Shown here: in pieces, positions 8,865-17,641 of the stretch
Numbering within the stretch: the stretch's first letter is position 1
Layout of the letters: each line of letters opens with the position of its first letter
Assembly: GCA_964540315.1 (NCBI GenBank)
Contig: CAZIMY010000001.1
Location: 1-55,501 of the forward strand
DNA length: 55,501 bases
Reading direction: 5' to 3'
Origin: an uncultured Wenzhouxiangella sp.
GTDB taxonomy: Bacteria > Pseudomonadota > Gammaproteobacteria > Xanthomonadales > Wenzhouxiangellaceae
Translations under genes and position numbers: made by a program
The notes under the pieces: generated by a model
What the model saw: the letters and a program-made list of their open reading frames with translations, nothing else
Told to the model about the DNA's origin: nothing
Databases searched by the model: none

Positions 8865-10478
8865 ATGTCAACTGCCACAACTACGCATCATGACGACCAT
8901 CACGGCGAGCACCCGACCGGGCTGACGCGCTGGCTGTTTTCGACCAACCACAAGGAAATCGGCACGCTCTACCTTGTTTTCTCGCTGGTTATGTTCCTCG
9001 TTGGCGGTGCGATGGCACTGGTGATCCGCGCCGAACTGTTTGTTCCGGGTCTGCAGCTGGTGCATCCGGAGTTCTTCAACCAGATGACGACCATGCACGC
9101 GCTCGTCATGATCTTCGGCGCGGTCATGCCGGCCTTTGTGGGCCTGGCCAACTGGATGGTGCCGCTGATGATCGGCGCGCCTGACATGGCCCTGCCGCGA
9201 ATGAACAACTGGTCTTTCTGGATCATGCCGTTTGCGTTCGCTTTGTTGCTGGCAACGCTGTTCATGCCGACCGGCGCCCCGGCCGCCGGCTGGACGCTGT
9301 ACCCGCCGCTTTCGCTGCAGGGCGGCAACAGTCTGGCGTTCGTCATTCTGGCTATTCACCTGCTCGGCATCTCGTCCATCATGGGGGCGATCAATATCAT
9401 CGCGACCATCCTGAACATGCGCGCACCCGGCATGACTCTGCTGAGGATGCCGCTGTTTGTCTGGAACTGGCTGATTACCGCCTTTCTGCTAATTGCCGTC
9501 ATGCCCGTGCTGGCCGGCGCTGTAACGATGCTGCTCACCGACCGCTTCTTCGGAACGAGTTTCTTTAATGCCGCCGGTGGTGGAGACCCCGTGCTTTACC
9601 AGCACATTTTCTGGTTTTTCGGCCATCCCGAGGTTTACATCATGATTTTGCCGGCGTTCGGGATCGTCTCGGAAATCATTCCGACGTTCTCGCGCAAGCC
9701 GATTTTCGGGTACACGTCGATGGTGTACGCAACGGCCTCAATTGCATTTCTGTCGTTCATTGTCTGGGCACATCACATGTTCACGGTCGGGATGCCGCTC
9801 GGAGCAATGCTGTTTTTCATGTATGCAACGATGGTCATCGCGGTCCCGACGGGCATCAAGATATTCAACTGGATCGCGACCATGTGGCGGGGTTCAATGA
9901 CCTTCGAAACGCCCATGCTTTTTGCCTTGGGCTTCGTTGTCCTGTTCACCATCGGCGGCTTGTCCGGCGTGATGCTGGCGATTGTGCCGGCCAACTTCCA
10001 GTATCACGACACCTACTTTGTCGTTGCCCACTTCCACTATGTGCTGGTTACCGGTGCGGTTTTTGCCATCATGGCTGGGGTCTACTACTGGTTGCCCAAA
10101 TGGACCGGGCACATGTACAACGAGAAACTCGGCAAGTTCCACTTTTGGTGGTCTACGGTCTGGGTCAACGTGCTCTTCTTCCCTCAGCATTACCTGGGCC
10201 TGGCCGGCATGCCACGGCGCATTCCCGACTACGCCGTCCAATTCGCCGAATTCAACCTGATCTCGTCCGTCGGGGGGTTCATGTTCGGCTTTGGACAACT
10301 GCTGTTTGCCTACATCGTCTGGCAGTGTGCACGCGGCGGCCAAAAGGCGACCGCTCAAGTCTGGGAAGGCGCGCAGGGCCTGGAATGGACCGTGCCCTCC
10401 CCGGCACCCCTGCATACGTTTGACACGCCGCCGCTGGTCGACGATACGGTTGCCGTTCATCAGGACAAACTGGCCTGA
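8865..10478 (+). CDS. coxA: Cytochrome c oxidase subunit I (type A1 heme-copper oxidase)
   Basis: [47 protein letters not shown]; start probably ATG 8865. Confidence 0.97.
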   Translation: MSTATTTHHDDHHGEHPTGLTRWLFSTNHKEIGTLYLVFSLVMFLVGGAMALVIRAELFVPGLQLVHPEFFNQMTTMHALVMIFGAVMPAFVGLANWMVPLMIGAPDMALPRMNNWSFWIMPFAFALLLATLFMPTGAPAAGWTLYPPLSLQGGNSLAFVILAIHLLGISSIMGAINIIATILNMRAPGMTLLRMPLFVWNWLITAFLLIAVMPVLAGAVTMLLTDRFFGTSFFNAAGGGDPVLYQHIFWFFGHPEVYIMILPAFGIVSEIIPTFSRKPIFGYTSMVYATASIAFLSFIVWAHHMFTVGMPLGAMLFFMYATMVIAVPTGIKIFNWIATMWRGSMTFETPMLFALGFVVLFTIGGLSGVMLAIVPANFQYHDTYFVVAHFHYVLVTGAVFAIMAGVYYWLPKWTGHMYNEKLGKFHFWWSTVWVNVLFFPQHYLGLAGMPRRIPDYAVQFAEFNLISSVGGFMFGFGQLLFAYIVWQCARGGQKATAQVWEGAQGLEWTVPSPAPLHTFDTPPLVDDTVAVHQDKLA

Positions 10479-10498
10479 GCCATTTGCAGGACGATCTG

Positions 10499-10633
10499 AT
10501 GAGCGCATCCAGCAAGAGCAGTCACAAGGACAGGCGGCGCGGCATTGTTCGCACCGCGCTCGTGCTGGCCGCAACCGTATTGGGTATCTATCTGTTTTTC
10601 ATCGGCCGCGCCGTTTTCCACGCATTGTCATGA
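10499..10633 (+). CDS. 44-aa single-TM small protein between coxA and ctaG (cytochrome oxidase small assembly/accessory peptide-like)
   Basis: Not in ORF track. MSASSKSSHKDRRRGIVRTALVLAATVLGIYLFFIGRAVFHALS*; AGGA upstream; its stop overlaps the ctaG ATG (ATGA). Confidence 0.75.
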   Translation: MSASSKSSHKDRRRGIVRTALVLAATVLGIYLFFIGRAVFHALS

Positions 10634-11196
10634 CTCAAGCAACCCAGAATCCACTTAAGACCGCCGGCATGCTCACCGCCCTTGCAGTCGCCATGTTTGG
10701 TTTCGGCTACCTATTGGTGCCGCTGTACGACAAGTTCTGCGAAATCACGGGTATCGGAGGAAGAACCGGTGAAGCCGTGACCGCCAGCGTCGAACAGGCG
10801 CTGAGTGCAGAGCCGGACTTTTCACGCCTGGTGACGGTCCATTTCGACGCGACGGTCAACTCTGCGCTGCCGTGGCGGTTCGAACCGACCGAGAAGATGA
10901 TGGAAGTTCATCCGGGCAAACTCTACGAGACTACCTACATTGCCTACAATCGTTCGGATGAACCGGTCGTGGCGCAGGCCGTGCCCAGCGTCTCGCCCGG
11001 GCAGGCTTCCCTGTATTTCAACAAGACCGAATGCTTTTGTTTCACCGAGCAATTGCTCGGGCCCGGTGAGTCGCGAGATATGCCCGTCCGCTTTATCGTC
11101 GATCCAAACCTGCCGAACGACACCAGTCTTGTGACCTTGTCCTATATCATCTACAAAAATGATGAAGCGACGGCTGTGCTGGCCGCTGCGAACTAA
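10630..11196 (+). CDS. ctaG: Cytochrome c oxidase copper assembly protein CtaG/Cox11
   Basis: MFGFGYLLVPLYDKFCEITG, FNKTECFCF copper motif; start ATG 10630. Confidence 0.93.
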   Translation: MTQATQNPLKTAGMLTALAVAMFGFGYLLVPLYDKFCEITGIGGRTGEAVTASVEQALSAEPDFSRLVTVHFDATVNSALPWRFEPTEKMMEVHPGKLYETTYIAYNRSDEPVVAQAVPSVSPGQASLYFNKTECFCFTEQLLGPGESRDMPVRFIVDPNLPNDTSLVTLSYIIYKNDEATAVLAAAN

Positions 11197-11217
11197 AAAA
11201 CCTGGGAGCCTCGTTCA

Positions 11218-12078
11218 ATGGCACAAAGCAGCTATTTCGTTCCGCCGACCGCCAAGTGGCCCATTGTGGGCTCGGTCGGCATGTTCGTCCTGATGATCGG
11301 GGCGGCGAACTGGCTCAACACCAATCCTTCAGGCCCCTGGATATTCGCCCTCGGCGCTGCCATTACTGTCCTGATGATTTTTGGTTGGTTCGCGGAAGTC
11401 ATTCAGGAGTCCCGGGGCAATCTGTACAACTCTGCGGTTGATGCCTCGTTCCGTCAGGGCATGATTTGGTTCATTTTCTCCGAGATCATGTTCTTTGGCG
11501 CGTTTTTCGGCGCATTGTTTTACGCGCGGATGTTCTCAGTGCCCTGGCTGGGTGGCGAGGGCACCGGTGCAATGACCCACCAGTTCTTGTGGCCCCAATT
11601 TGAAGCCAGCTGGCCGACGCATGGACCTGCACAGCTGGGTGGTGACTTCCAGACCATTCCCGGTTTCGGTCTACCGCTGATCAACACCCTGATACTGCTG
11701 ACTTCTGGTGTCACCATCACCGCCGCGCACTGGGCACTGAAAAAAGCCCAGCGCGGCGCCCTTTTGTTCTGGATGATTGCAACGATTGTCCTGGCGTGTA
11801 TCTTTCTGGTGATCCAGTCATACGAATACGTCCACGCCTATCGTGATTTAGGACTGACCCTGGGCTCAGGGATTTATGGGTCGACTTTTTTCATGTTGAC
11901 CGGGTTTCACGGTTTGCACGTGGCCATCGGCACCCTGATGCTGATCGTGATCGCGATACGCTGCGCCCTGGGTCACTTCACCAAAGACAACCATTTCGGC
12001 TGGGAAGCCGCTGCCTGGTACTGGCACTTTGTCGACGTCGTCTGGCTCGGATTATTCATTTTCGTGTACATCGTCTGA
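11218..12078 (+). CDS. coxC: Cytochrome c oxidase subunit III
   Basis: WFIFSEIMFF, NTLILLTSG, TGFHGLHV, AAWYWHFVDVVW. Confidence 0.96.
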   Translation: MAQSSYFVPPTAKWPIVGSVGMFVLMIGAANWLNTNPSGPWIFALGAAITVLMIFGWFAEVIQESRGNLYNSAVDASFRQGMIWFIFSEIMFFGAFFGALFYARMFSVPWLGGEGTGAMTHQFLWPQFEASWPTHGPAQLGGDFQTIPGFGLPLINTLILLTSGVTITAAHWALKKAQRGALLFWMIATIVLACIFLVIQSYEYVHAYRDLGLTLGSGIYGSTFFMLTGFHGLHVAIGTLMLIVIAIRCALGHFTKDNHFGWEAAAWYWHFVDVVWLGLFIFVYIV

Positions 12079-15000
12079 CCTATCCCAGCTGCCTTATTGT
12101 CCATAAAGATCCTCGACCGCTCGACCCAGACACCCGATTGTTCGGGTTCTTCCTGCCGAACAAGGCCCTCGCACTGCAAGCCGAGCATTGCAGACCTGGT
12201 TCCGGCGACGGACTGACCGATTTCAGCGGCCAACTGCTGCAGATTGACAAACGGTTTGCGTCTCACCGCGCCAAGTACGATTCTTCGCATCGCCTCTTCA
12301 GGTTCCGGACGCTCGGGTTGCATGCCAATGGCAAGATGTGGCCGCACAGAGATCGCCGGCAAAAGGGCCAGCCACGCCCCCAGGTGATCAATATGCACCC
12401 AAAGAGCGCCGCCTCGGCCGATATTGGAAAGGGCAAATGCTATTCGTTGAGCCGCAAGGCGTTGAAACGGCACGACTGAGCCCGCTTTTTCCGCCTCATG
12501 CGCCGGCAGATAAACAAAACGCTGCAAGGCCTCTTCCAGCCGTTCGACCGTCGATAGACACATCGCGGGGACTGCGGGGTTGGAGCCCTCAAGTCGCTGT
12601 CGGTCAGAGCGAGTTTCTTCAAAGCTGCGAGTGCGCCGCTCCTCTGCCGCCGCCGGATCCAGATAACCCGTAGGCGGGGCCTGAATCACCGCCTGCGCCA
12701 GGGGAGACGGCCGGCTCGTATCCAGCGCATGGACCTCAAGTCGGCCCGACTCGATTCTGCGATACAGTCGCTTTAATCCCTTCAAGTCCATAAAAACATG
12801 GAGGCATTCGCTCAGGGCCTGCGCCACCAGCGGATGATCAGGAACTTCGCGCGGCCCTGAAAGGTTCTCAAGACAGGCCAGTTGATCGGGGAAAATCCTG
12901 GCGATGAGGTTTTCGGCCTGGTTGCGCTGAAGCTGTGCCGCGACGCGACCTCGTTCGTTACGTCGCAGGATGGCCAAAGCAGTCGTCGCGCACCAGCGAA
13001 AGCGCGTGGCAAACTGGGGCGTATCCAGAACAGCCTGGGTAAGAACGTGATCAAGCGTGCTGGAATGCAGATAACTGATGACCTCTGCAATTGAAAAACT
13101 ATGCGTTGCGCCAAGCGAAATCAGGACAGCATTATCTGTCGCCACCGCTTGTAGCTCGAAGTTGAATTGACGGCAGAATCGTTTTCGCAGGGCCAGGCCC
13201 CAGGCGCGATTAATCCTCAGCCCAAAAGGGGCATGGATCACCACATGCTCGTCGCCGCCGGGGTCGGGAAACCGCTCCACAATGATCCGTCCTGCGCCCG
13301 GCAGGCAGCCGAGAGCGTCCAGACTCCGTTCAAGAAACGCCCGAACCTGCTCGTCAAGTCCTTTCCAGCGACCTCGCTCCGCCTGTCCGAAAATACGACA
13401 AAGTTGCAGGGAAAGTGGCGCTGAGCGTCCAGCGCCGTCGCCAGCCCAAAACGGCAGATCAGCATGACTGCTGTCAGCGGGACGCACTTCGACTCGACCG
13501 GAGTGAATCCGCTCAATGCAAAAAGCTTCCCCGCCCAGCTGAATGACCTGCCCCGGAGAGGACTCGAACGCAAACTCTTCGTCGAGCAAGCCCAAGACTT
13601 GCCCAGACGAAAGATCAAGCACCTCGTAGTCGAACCACTCCGGTATGGTTCCAACATTCAAACGACTGCGTCTGGTGGTCTCCGGGCCGGCGTAAAGCCG
13701 CCCGCCTGCGCCCCGCCTGATGGGTCCTTGCCCTATTTCCCGGTTGGGGGCATAACCGTCGTGAAGCAGGCCAACCCAATCATCCATCTGATTGGGCTGT
13801 AGTGTTTTGAAAGGCTGCGCTCGAGCCAGGACGGATCTGGCCTCTTCCACGGTCACGGCGGCGCTGCACGTCATTCCTATGATCTGCTGGCAGGCGACAT
13901 CGGCAGGCGCGCGTTCCCATCGGGCCGGCGCTTCCAGGCGATTTTTTTCCAACGCCAGAAGCAAGGCCTGCGCAGACAAAAGATCTGACCGGGTCAAGGG
14001 AAACAAATGGAGTGTCGGGCTCTTCCCGGGCTGGTGCCGCGCCCGTCCGGCACGCTGCCTGGCCGAACTGACCGACTCAATGCTGCCAATCTGACAGACA
14101 CGCTCCAACTGGCCCACGTCAATGCCCAACTCCAGGGCGGAAGAACAGACAACCACCTTCAGCTCACCATCCCGAAGGTCCTGCTCGACCGCTGTGCGAT
14201 GCGCCAGGCCCAGGCTTCCATGATGAGCCCCCACCCTGCCGTCGCCGAGATACCCGGAAAGTTCAGCGGCGACCCGTTCGACAAGGGCACGCGTGTTGCA
14301 AAAAACCAGGGCGGGTCCGCCGTTTGAAATCAGCTCGCCAATTCTCTCGTACACGAAAGCCCAGCGACTCTGCCCGGCTATATCGGCAAGCGGTGCGCCT
14401 CCCACTTCCACGTCAACCTGCAAACCCGACGCTGCGCCTGCGTGGACAATCTCGCACGGCCGATCGCGACCGCACAAAAACCCGGCCATGCGATGAAGGG
14501 GTCTTGCGGTCGCGCTCAGCCCGATGCGCTGGAGCTCGCCGGGTCCGATGAGTCTGTCCAAGCGCTCAAGCGTTAACGACAGATGGGCTCCGCGCTTGCT
14601 GTCGGCCAGAGCATGGATCTCGTCAACGATAACGGCACTCGCCTTTGACAGAACACGTCTTCCGCTTTTGCTGCCCAACAACACAAACAGGGATTCGGGC
14701 GTGGTCAGGAAGAGATCCGGCGCGGACCGAAGCTGGCGCCGACGTTCATCCGGTGGAGTATCGCCGGTGCGCAAGCCGACGGTCAGACGGCGTGCACCCC
14801 GACTGCTCAGAGAATCCAGGCATTGAGTCAGGCTATCGGCCATGTTGTTGGCCAACGCCCTGAGTGGCGCAACGTATAGCACGGGCCCTCGCCGACCATC
14901 TTTGATCAGGCGATCAATCAGCGGCATGAACGCAGCCAGGGTCTTGCCCTGACCGGTTCCTGCCGAAATCAGACAATTGTGGCCAGACTGAACCCAAGGC

Positions 15001-15086
15001 CAGGCAGCGCGCTGGATTTCGGTGGCCTCCCCGTAGCGGAGACGAAACCAGTCGGTGATTAATTCTGAAAACGGCGCTGACTCCAT
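11973..15086 (-). CDS. lhr: Lhr-family SF2 DEAH-box helicase, C-terminally shortened
   Basis: GTGQGKT, RTGDT, TTPESL, VDEIHAL, LSAT, HHGSL, LELGIDVG, QRAGR and Lhr-specific HAPFGLRINRAWGLALRKRFC; 3' end overlaps coxC by 106 bp. Confidence 0.85.
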   Translation of the reverse strand: MESAPFSELITDWFRLRYGEATEIQRAAWPWVQSGHNCLISAGTGQGKTLAAFMPLIDRLIKDGRRGPVLYVAPLRALANNMADSLTQCLDSLSSRGARRLTVGLRTGDTPPDERRRQLRSAPDLFLTTPESLFVLLGSKSGRRVLSKASAVIVDEIHALADSKRGAHLSLTLERLDRLIGPGELQRIGLSATARPLHRMAGFLCGRDRPCEIVHAGAASGLQVDVEVGGAPLADIAGQSRWAFVYERIGELISNGGPALVFCNTRALVERVAAELSGYLGDGRVGAHHGSLGLAHRTAVEQDLRDGELKVVVCSSALELGIDVGQLERVCQIGSIESVSSARQRAGRARHQPGKSPTLHLFPLTRSDLLSAQALLLALEKNRLEAPARWERAPADVACQQIIGMTCSAAVTVEEARSVLARAQPFKTLQPNQMDDWVGLLHDGYAPNREIGQGPIRRGAGGRLYAGPETTRRSRLNVGTIPEWFDYEVLDLSSGQVLGLLDEEFAFESSPGQVIQLGGEAFCIERIHSGRVEVRPADSSHADLPFWAGDGAGRSAPLSLQLCRIFGQAERGRWKGLDEQVRAFLERSLDALGCLPGAGRIIVERFPDPGGDEHVVIHAPFGLRINRAWGLALRKRFCRQFNFELQAVATDNAVLISLGATHSFSIAEVISYLHSSTLDHVLTQAVLDTPQFATRFRWCATTALAILRRNERGRVAAQLQRNQAENLIARIFPDQLACLENLSGPREVPDHPLVAQALSECLHVFMDLKGLKRLYRRIESGRLEVHALDTSRPSPLAQAVIQAPPTGYLDPAAAEERRTRSFEETRSDRQRLEGSNPAVPAMCLSTVERLEEALQRFVYLPAHEAEKAGSVVPFQRLAAQRIAFALSNIGRGGALWVHIDHLGAWLALLPAISVRPHLAIGMQPERPEPEEAMRRIVLGAVRRKPFVNLQQLAAEIGQSVAGTRSAMLGLQCEGLVRQEEPEQSGVWVERSRIFMDNKAAGIGQTMYTKMNNPSQTTSTKCQYQAAASQPKWLSLVK

Positions 15087-15125
15087 GGGCCAAGAATGCC
15101 CGCGGTTTTTCTCAGAAGGTGAGAA

Positions 15126-15569
15126 TCAGCGCCCGATCACGCGCTCCCATGACGCACTGATCATTTCCCAGTCTCCGCCATTCTGCCGCCAACCCGTTCG
15201 AACGCTGTACCACCCGCCGTCTTCCGGAAGCAGACCGCTGCCGCCGGTCAAGACCGCCTGGAAACTGGCAGTTGCACGGCTTTCGGAAACGAGCTCCACC
15301 TGCACGTCGACGAGACGGGCGCGCAAACGCGCGTGAGCACGCATTTCCCGAAGGAGCAGTAGGCGGGCCCCGCGCCGATCCAGCTGCCAGGTATCACCGG
15401 CAAAGTCATCGGCGATGGGTTCCAGAAATGCGCCGGGCTCGCCATCAGCGATTGCGGTGGTCATATCTTGAAGGAGCGACCGGATCTGCTCTTCTGCCGG
15501 AGCCCGGGCGCACCCGGTTGCCGCAATCAGCCATAACCCCCCCAAAAGCAGCGCAGCGAGACGGGTCAC
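15126..15569 (-). CDS. Predicted lipoprotein, NTF2/SnoaL-like fold
   Basis: Signal peptide ending ATGC (lipobox-like); IADDF and C-terminal W..GGDWEMISASW typical of NTF2-like proteins; GTG start 2 bp after the upstream stop. Confidence 0.7.
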   Translation of the reverse strand: MTRLAALLLGGLWLIAATGCARAPAEEQIRSLLQDMTTAIADGEPGAFLEPIADDFAGDTWQLDRRGARLLLLREMRAHARLRARLVDVQVELVSESRATASFQAVLTGGSGLLPEDGGWYSVRTGWRQNGGDWEMISASWERVIGR

Positions 15570-15571
15570 CG

Positions 15572-17485
15572 CTAGTCGCCGAGATAGCTTTCCAGCAGGC
15601 GCCCGGCCACGGCCACAAGGTCATGCTCGGTGACCAGACCTATTAGTTTGCTGTCCGGATCAACAACCGGCAGACAACTCAAACGCTTCTCCCGCATCAT
15701 TCTGATGGCTTGCACGGTGGTAGTTTCGGGACTGATCGAAAGCGGATTGGGGTGCATGATGTCGCGGACAGTCACCGGCTCGGGACCGCGCGCACCGCGT
15801 GCAACCAGCCGCAAGAGCTGGCGCTGGGAGATCAGGCCAAGCAGTTGACCGGAGTCGTCCTCGACCGGCACGTGGCGCACGTAGCGCCACTCCATCAGGC
15901 TTGCGGCAAAGTCGACGATATCGTCGGGCCGCACTGTGAACAGGTCGGTTGCCATGAACTGGCCCACGGTCCGATAACTATCGCGCCAATCCTGGCTTGA
16001 ACAAAATTCGGCCAACTCCCATTCCGCGATCGGTTTACCGGATTCCTGCTGCTCGATCATGCTGCCGGTCAGTGCCCGCATGCACTCGTGCGGGCTCGCC
16101 AGGCCGCGCATGCGCTCCAGCGATTCCAACTGCCATCTGGAACCTGTCCGACGGCGCTCAACGCGGGTCCGCACAACACCGAGATAGCGGTCGATGTCTC
16201 GTTCATCGATGCCGGCTTCGGTCAGGCCCTCGCGGGCAGCCGGAATCAGGATGTCCAGGATGAGTTCCTGAGCGGTCATCTGGGCGTCGTCAAACCACAC
16301 CTGCTGAGCCCGCAGGCCTTCACGGGCTGCCGCCATGAAATTGGCCTTGACGTCGCCGAAATTGAAGTGATCGCGGATATCGGTCGTAGAGCGGGAAAGA
16401 TGGGCCATCATCCCGAAAAAGAAAGCCGCGTTGGCGACTTCATCCAGCACGGTGGGACCGGAGGGGATGACCCGATTCTCGATACGTAAATGAGGTTTGC
16501 CATTCGCTGAAATGCCGTAGCAAGCCCGGTTCCATCGATAAACCGTACCGTTGTGCAGCCGTAATGCATTGAGTTTCGGGGCCTCTCCCCGAGCCACCAT
16601 TCCAATCGGGTCATCCTCCACTTCTGTCGTCAGGATGACCCTGAAACGGGCAATGTCTTCCTTGAAAATCTCGATGACCGACTCTTCAACCCACTGGTCG
16701 CCAAAATGAACCCGTGCTTTGTGGCCGCGCGCCGCATGGGCCTGCGAACGAGTATCAACGGAGTGCTCGAACACAGCGATACGGCTTTCGTGCCAGAGCC
16801 GTTTTCCGAGAAGGATCGGTGAATTGACGCAAGCCGCCAGCAGCGGACCGGTGACAACCTGAGCGATGTTGTACAAACGCGCAAATTCGTCAGCGTCGAC
16901 CTGAAAGTGAACCTGGAAACTGGTATTGCAGGCTTCCAGCATCAGGTTGTCGTGATTGAGGCTGAGCTGATCAATGCCCTTGATGGCAAACTGGAAATTG
17001 CTGCCACGAAGCCTCAGCAAGGCTTCATTGAGGGCAAAGTAGCGCGCCATCGGTACCATGGCATCGAGGCTCAGATGGTCCTTGGTAAGGGTTGGCAAAA
17101 TACCTACCAAAGCGATCCGGCTGCCCACCTTGTGGGCCGCTTTTCTTGCCAGATCGACCACTTCTTCGGCTTCTTCCTCCAGCCGTCGCAGGCAATCCCC
17201 GCCCAACTCTAACGGTGACAGATTGGCTTCCAGGTTGAAAAGACCCAGCTCGTGGGTGAAACGCGGGTCATTGGTCTGATCAAGGACCTTCATTGCCGAA
17301 AGAGCGGGCCGATTGGCCTTATCGACCAAAAACATCTCTTGCTCGGCGCCAATTCGGCGGATGCCTCCTTCGAACATGCCGATCCTGTGCATTTCCTCCA
17401 GGGCCCGGACTTCATCCAGCAAGGACTTCATGAAAGCTCGCCGCAGGCTCTCGTCGTCGTTTCCTCGTACGTTTTGCTCGCCCAT
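15572..17485 (-). CDS. Glutamate-cysteine ligase family 2 (GCS2)-like carboxylate-amine ligase fused to a C-terminal CBS pair
   Basis: IGAEQEMFLVD, ELGLFNLEAN, NTSFQVH, LHNGTVYRWNR, HLRIENRVIPSGPT; CBS repeats VGQFM..RHVPV..GLIS and VRDIM..CLPVV..GLVTEHD; start ATG 17485 (17533 possible). Confidence 0.75.
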   Translation of the reverse strand: MGEQNVRGNDDESLRRAFMKSLLDEVRALEEMHRIGMFEGGIRRIGAEQEMFLVDKANRPALSAMKVLDQTNDPRFTHELGLFNLEANLSPLELGGDCLRRLEEEAEEVVDLARKAAHKVGSRIALVGILPTLTKDHLSLDAMVPMARYFALNEALLRLRGSNFQFAIKGIDQLSLNHDNLMLEACNTSFQVHFQVDADEFARLYNIAQVVTGPLLAACVNSPILLGKRLWHESRIAVFEHSVDTRSQAHAARGHKARVHFGDQWVEESVIEIFKEDIARFRVILTTEVEDDPIGMVARGEAPKLNALRLHNGTVYRWNRACYGISANGKPHLRIENRVIPSGPTVLDEVANAAFFFGMMAHLSRSTTDIRDHFNFGDVKANFMAAAREGLRAQQVWFDDAQMTAQELILDILIPAAREGLTEAGIDERDIDRYLGVVRTRVERRRTGSRWQLESLERMRGLASPHECMRALTGSMIEQQESGKPIAEWELAEFCSSQDWRDSYRTVGQFMATDLFTVRPDDIVDFAASLMEWRYVRHVPVEDDSGQLLGLISQRQLLRLVARGARGPEPVTVRDIMHPNPLSISPETTTVQAIRMMREKRLSCLPVVDPDSKLIGLVTEHDLVAVAGRLLESYLGD

Positions 17486-17641
17486 GTCCAGCCCAGCGTT
17501 GCCGTTGCTGCTGATGATATACCCGCTCTCCATCGGGGGGCAAACATCGTTTCGCCAATTCTGCCGCCTCCTGACTTGTCTGCGGCGTCAGGGTATGCCA
17601 AGCTTTCGCTTTTAACCATTACAACAACCAGGGGTAGAAAC

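Noticed and set aside
10291-10629. Long N-terminal extensions in the ORF track for ctaG, and also fadD, pabC, maf, rlmN, pilU, sdhD, ygfZ, folD and ygfX
   Set aside because: They overlap neighbouring genes and precede the family-typical N-termini; downstream starts with RBS or coupling fit better
11973-17485. Lhr unit as an anti-phage defence island or mobile element
   Set aside because: No nuclease, methylase, toxin, integrase, tRNA or direct repeats are visible, and the partners do not match defence architectures I recognise
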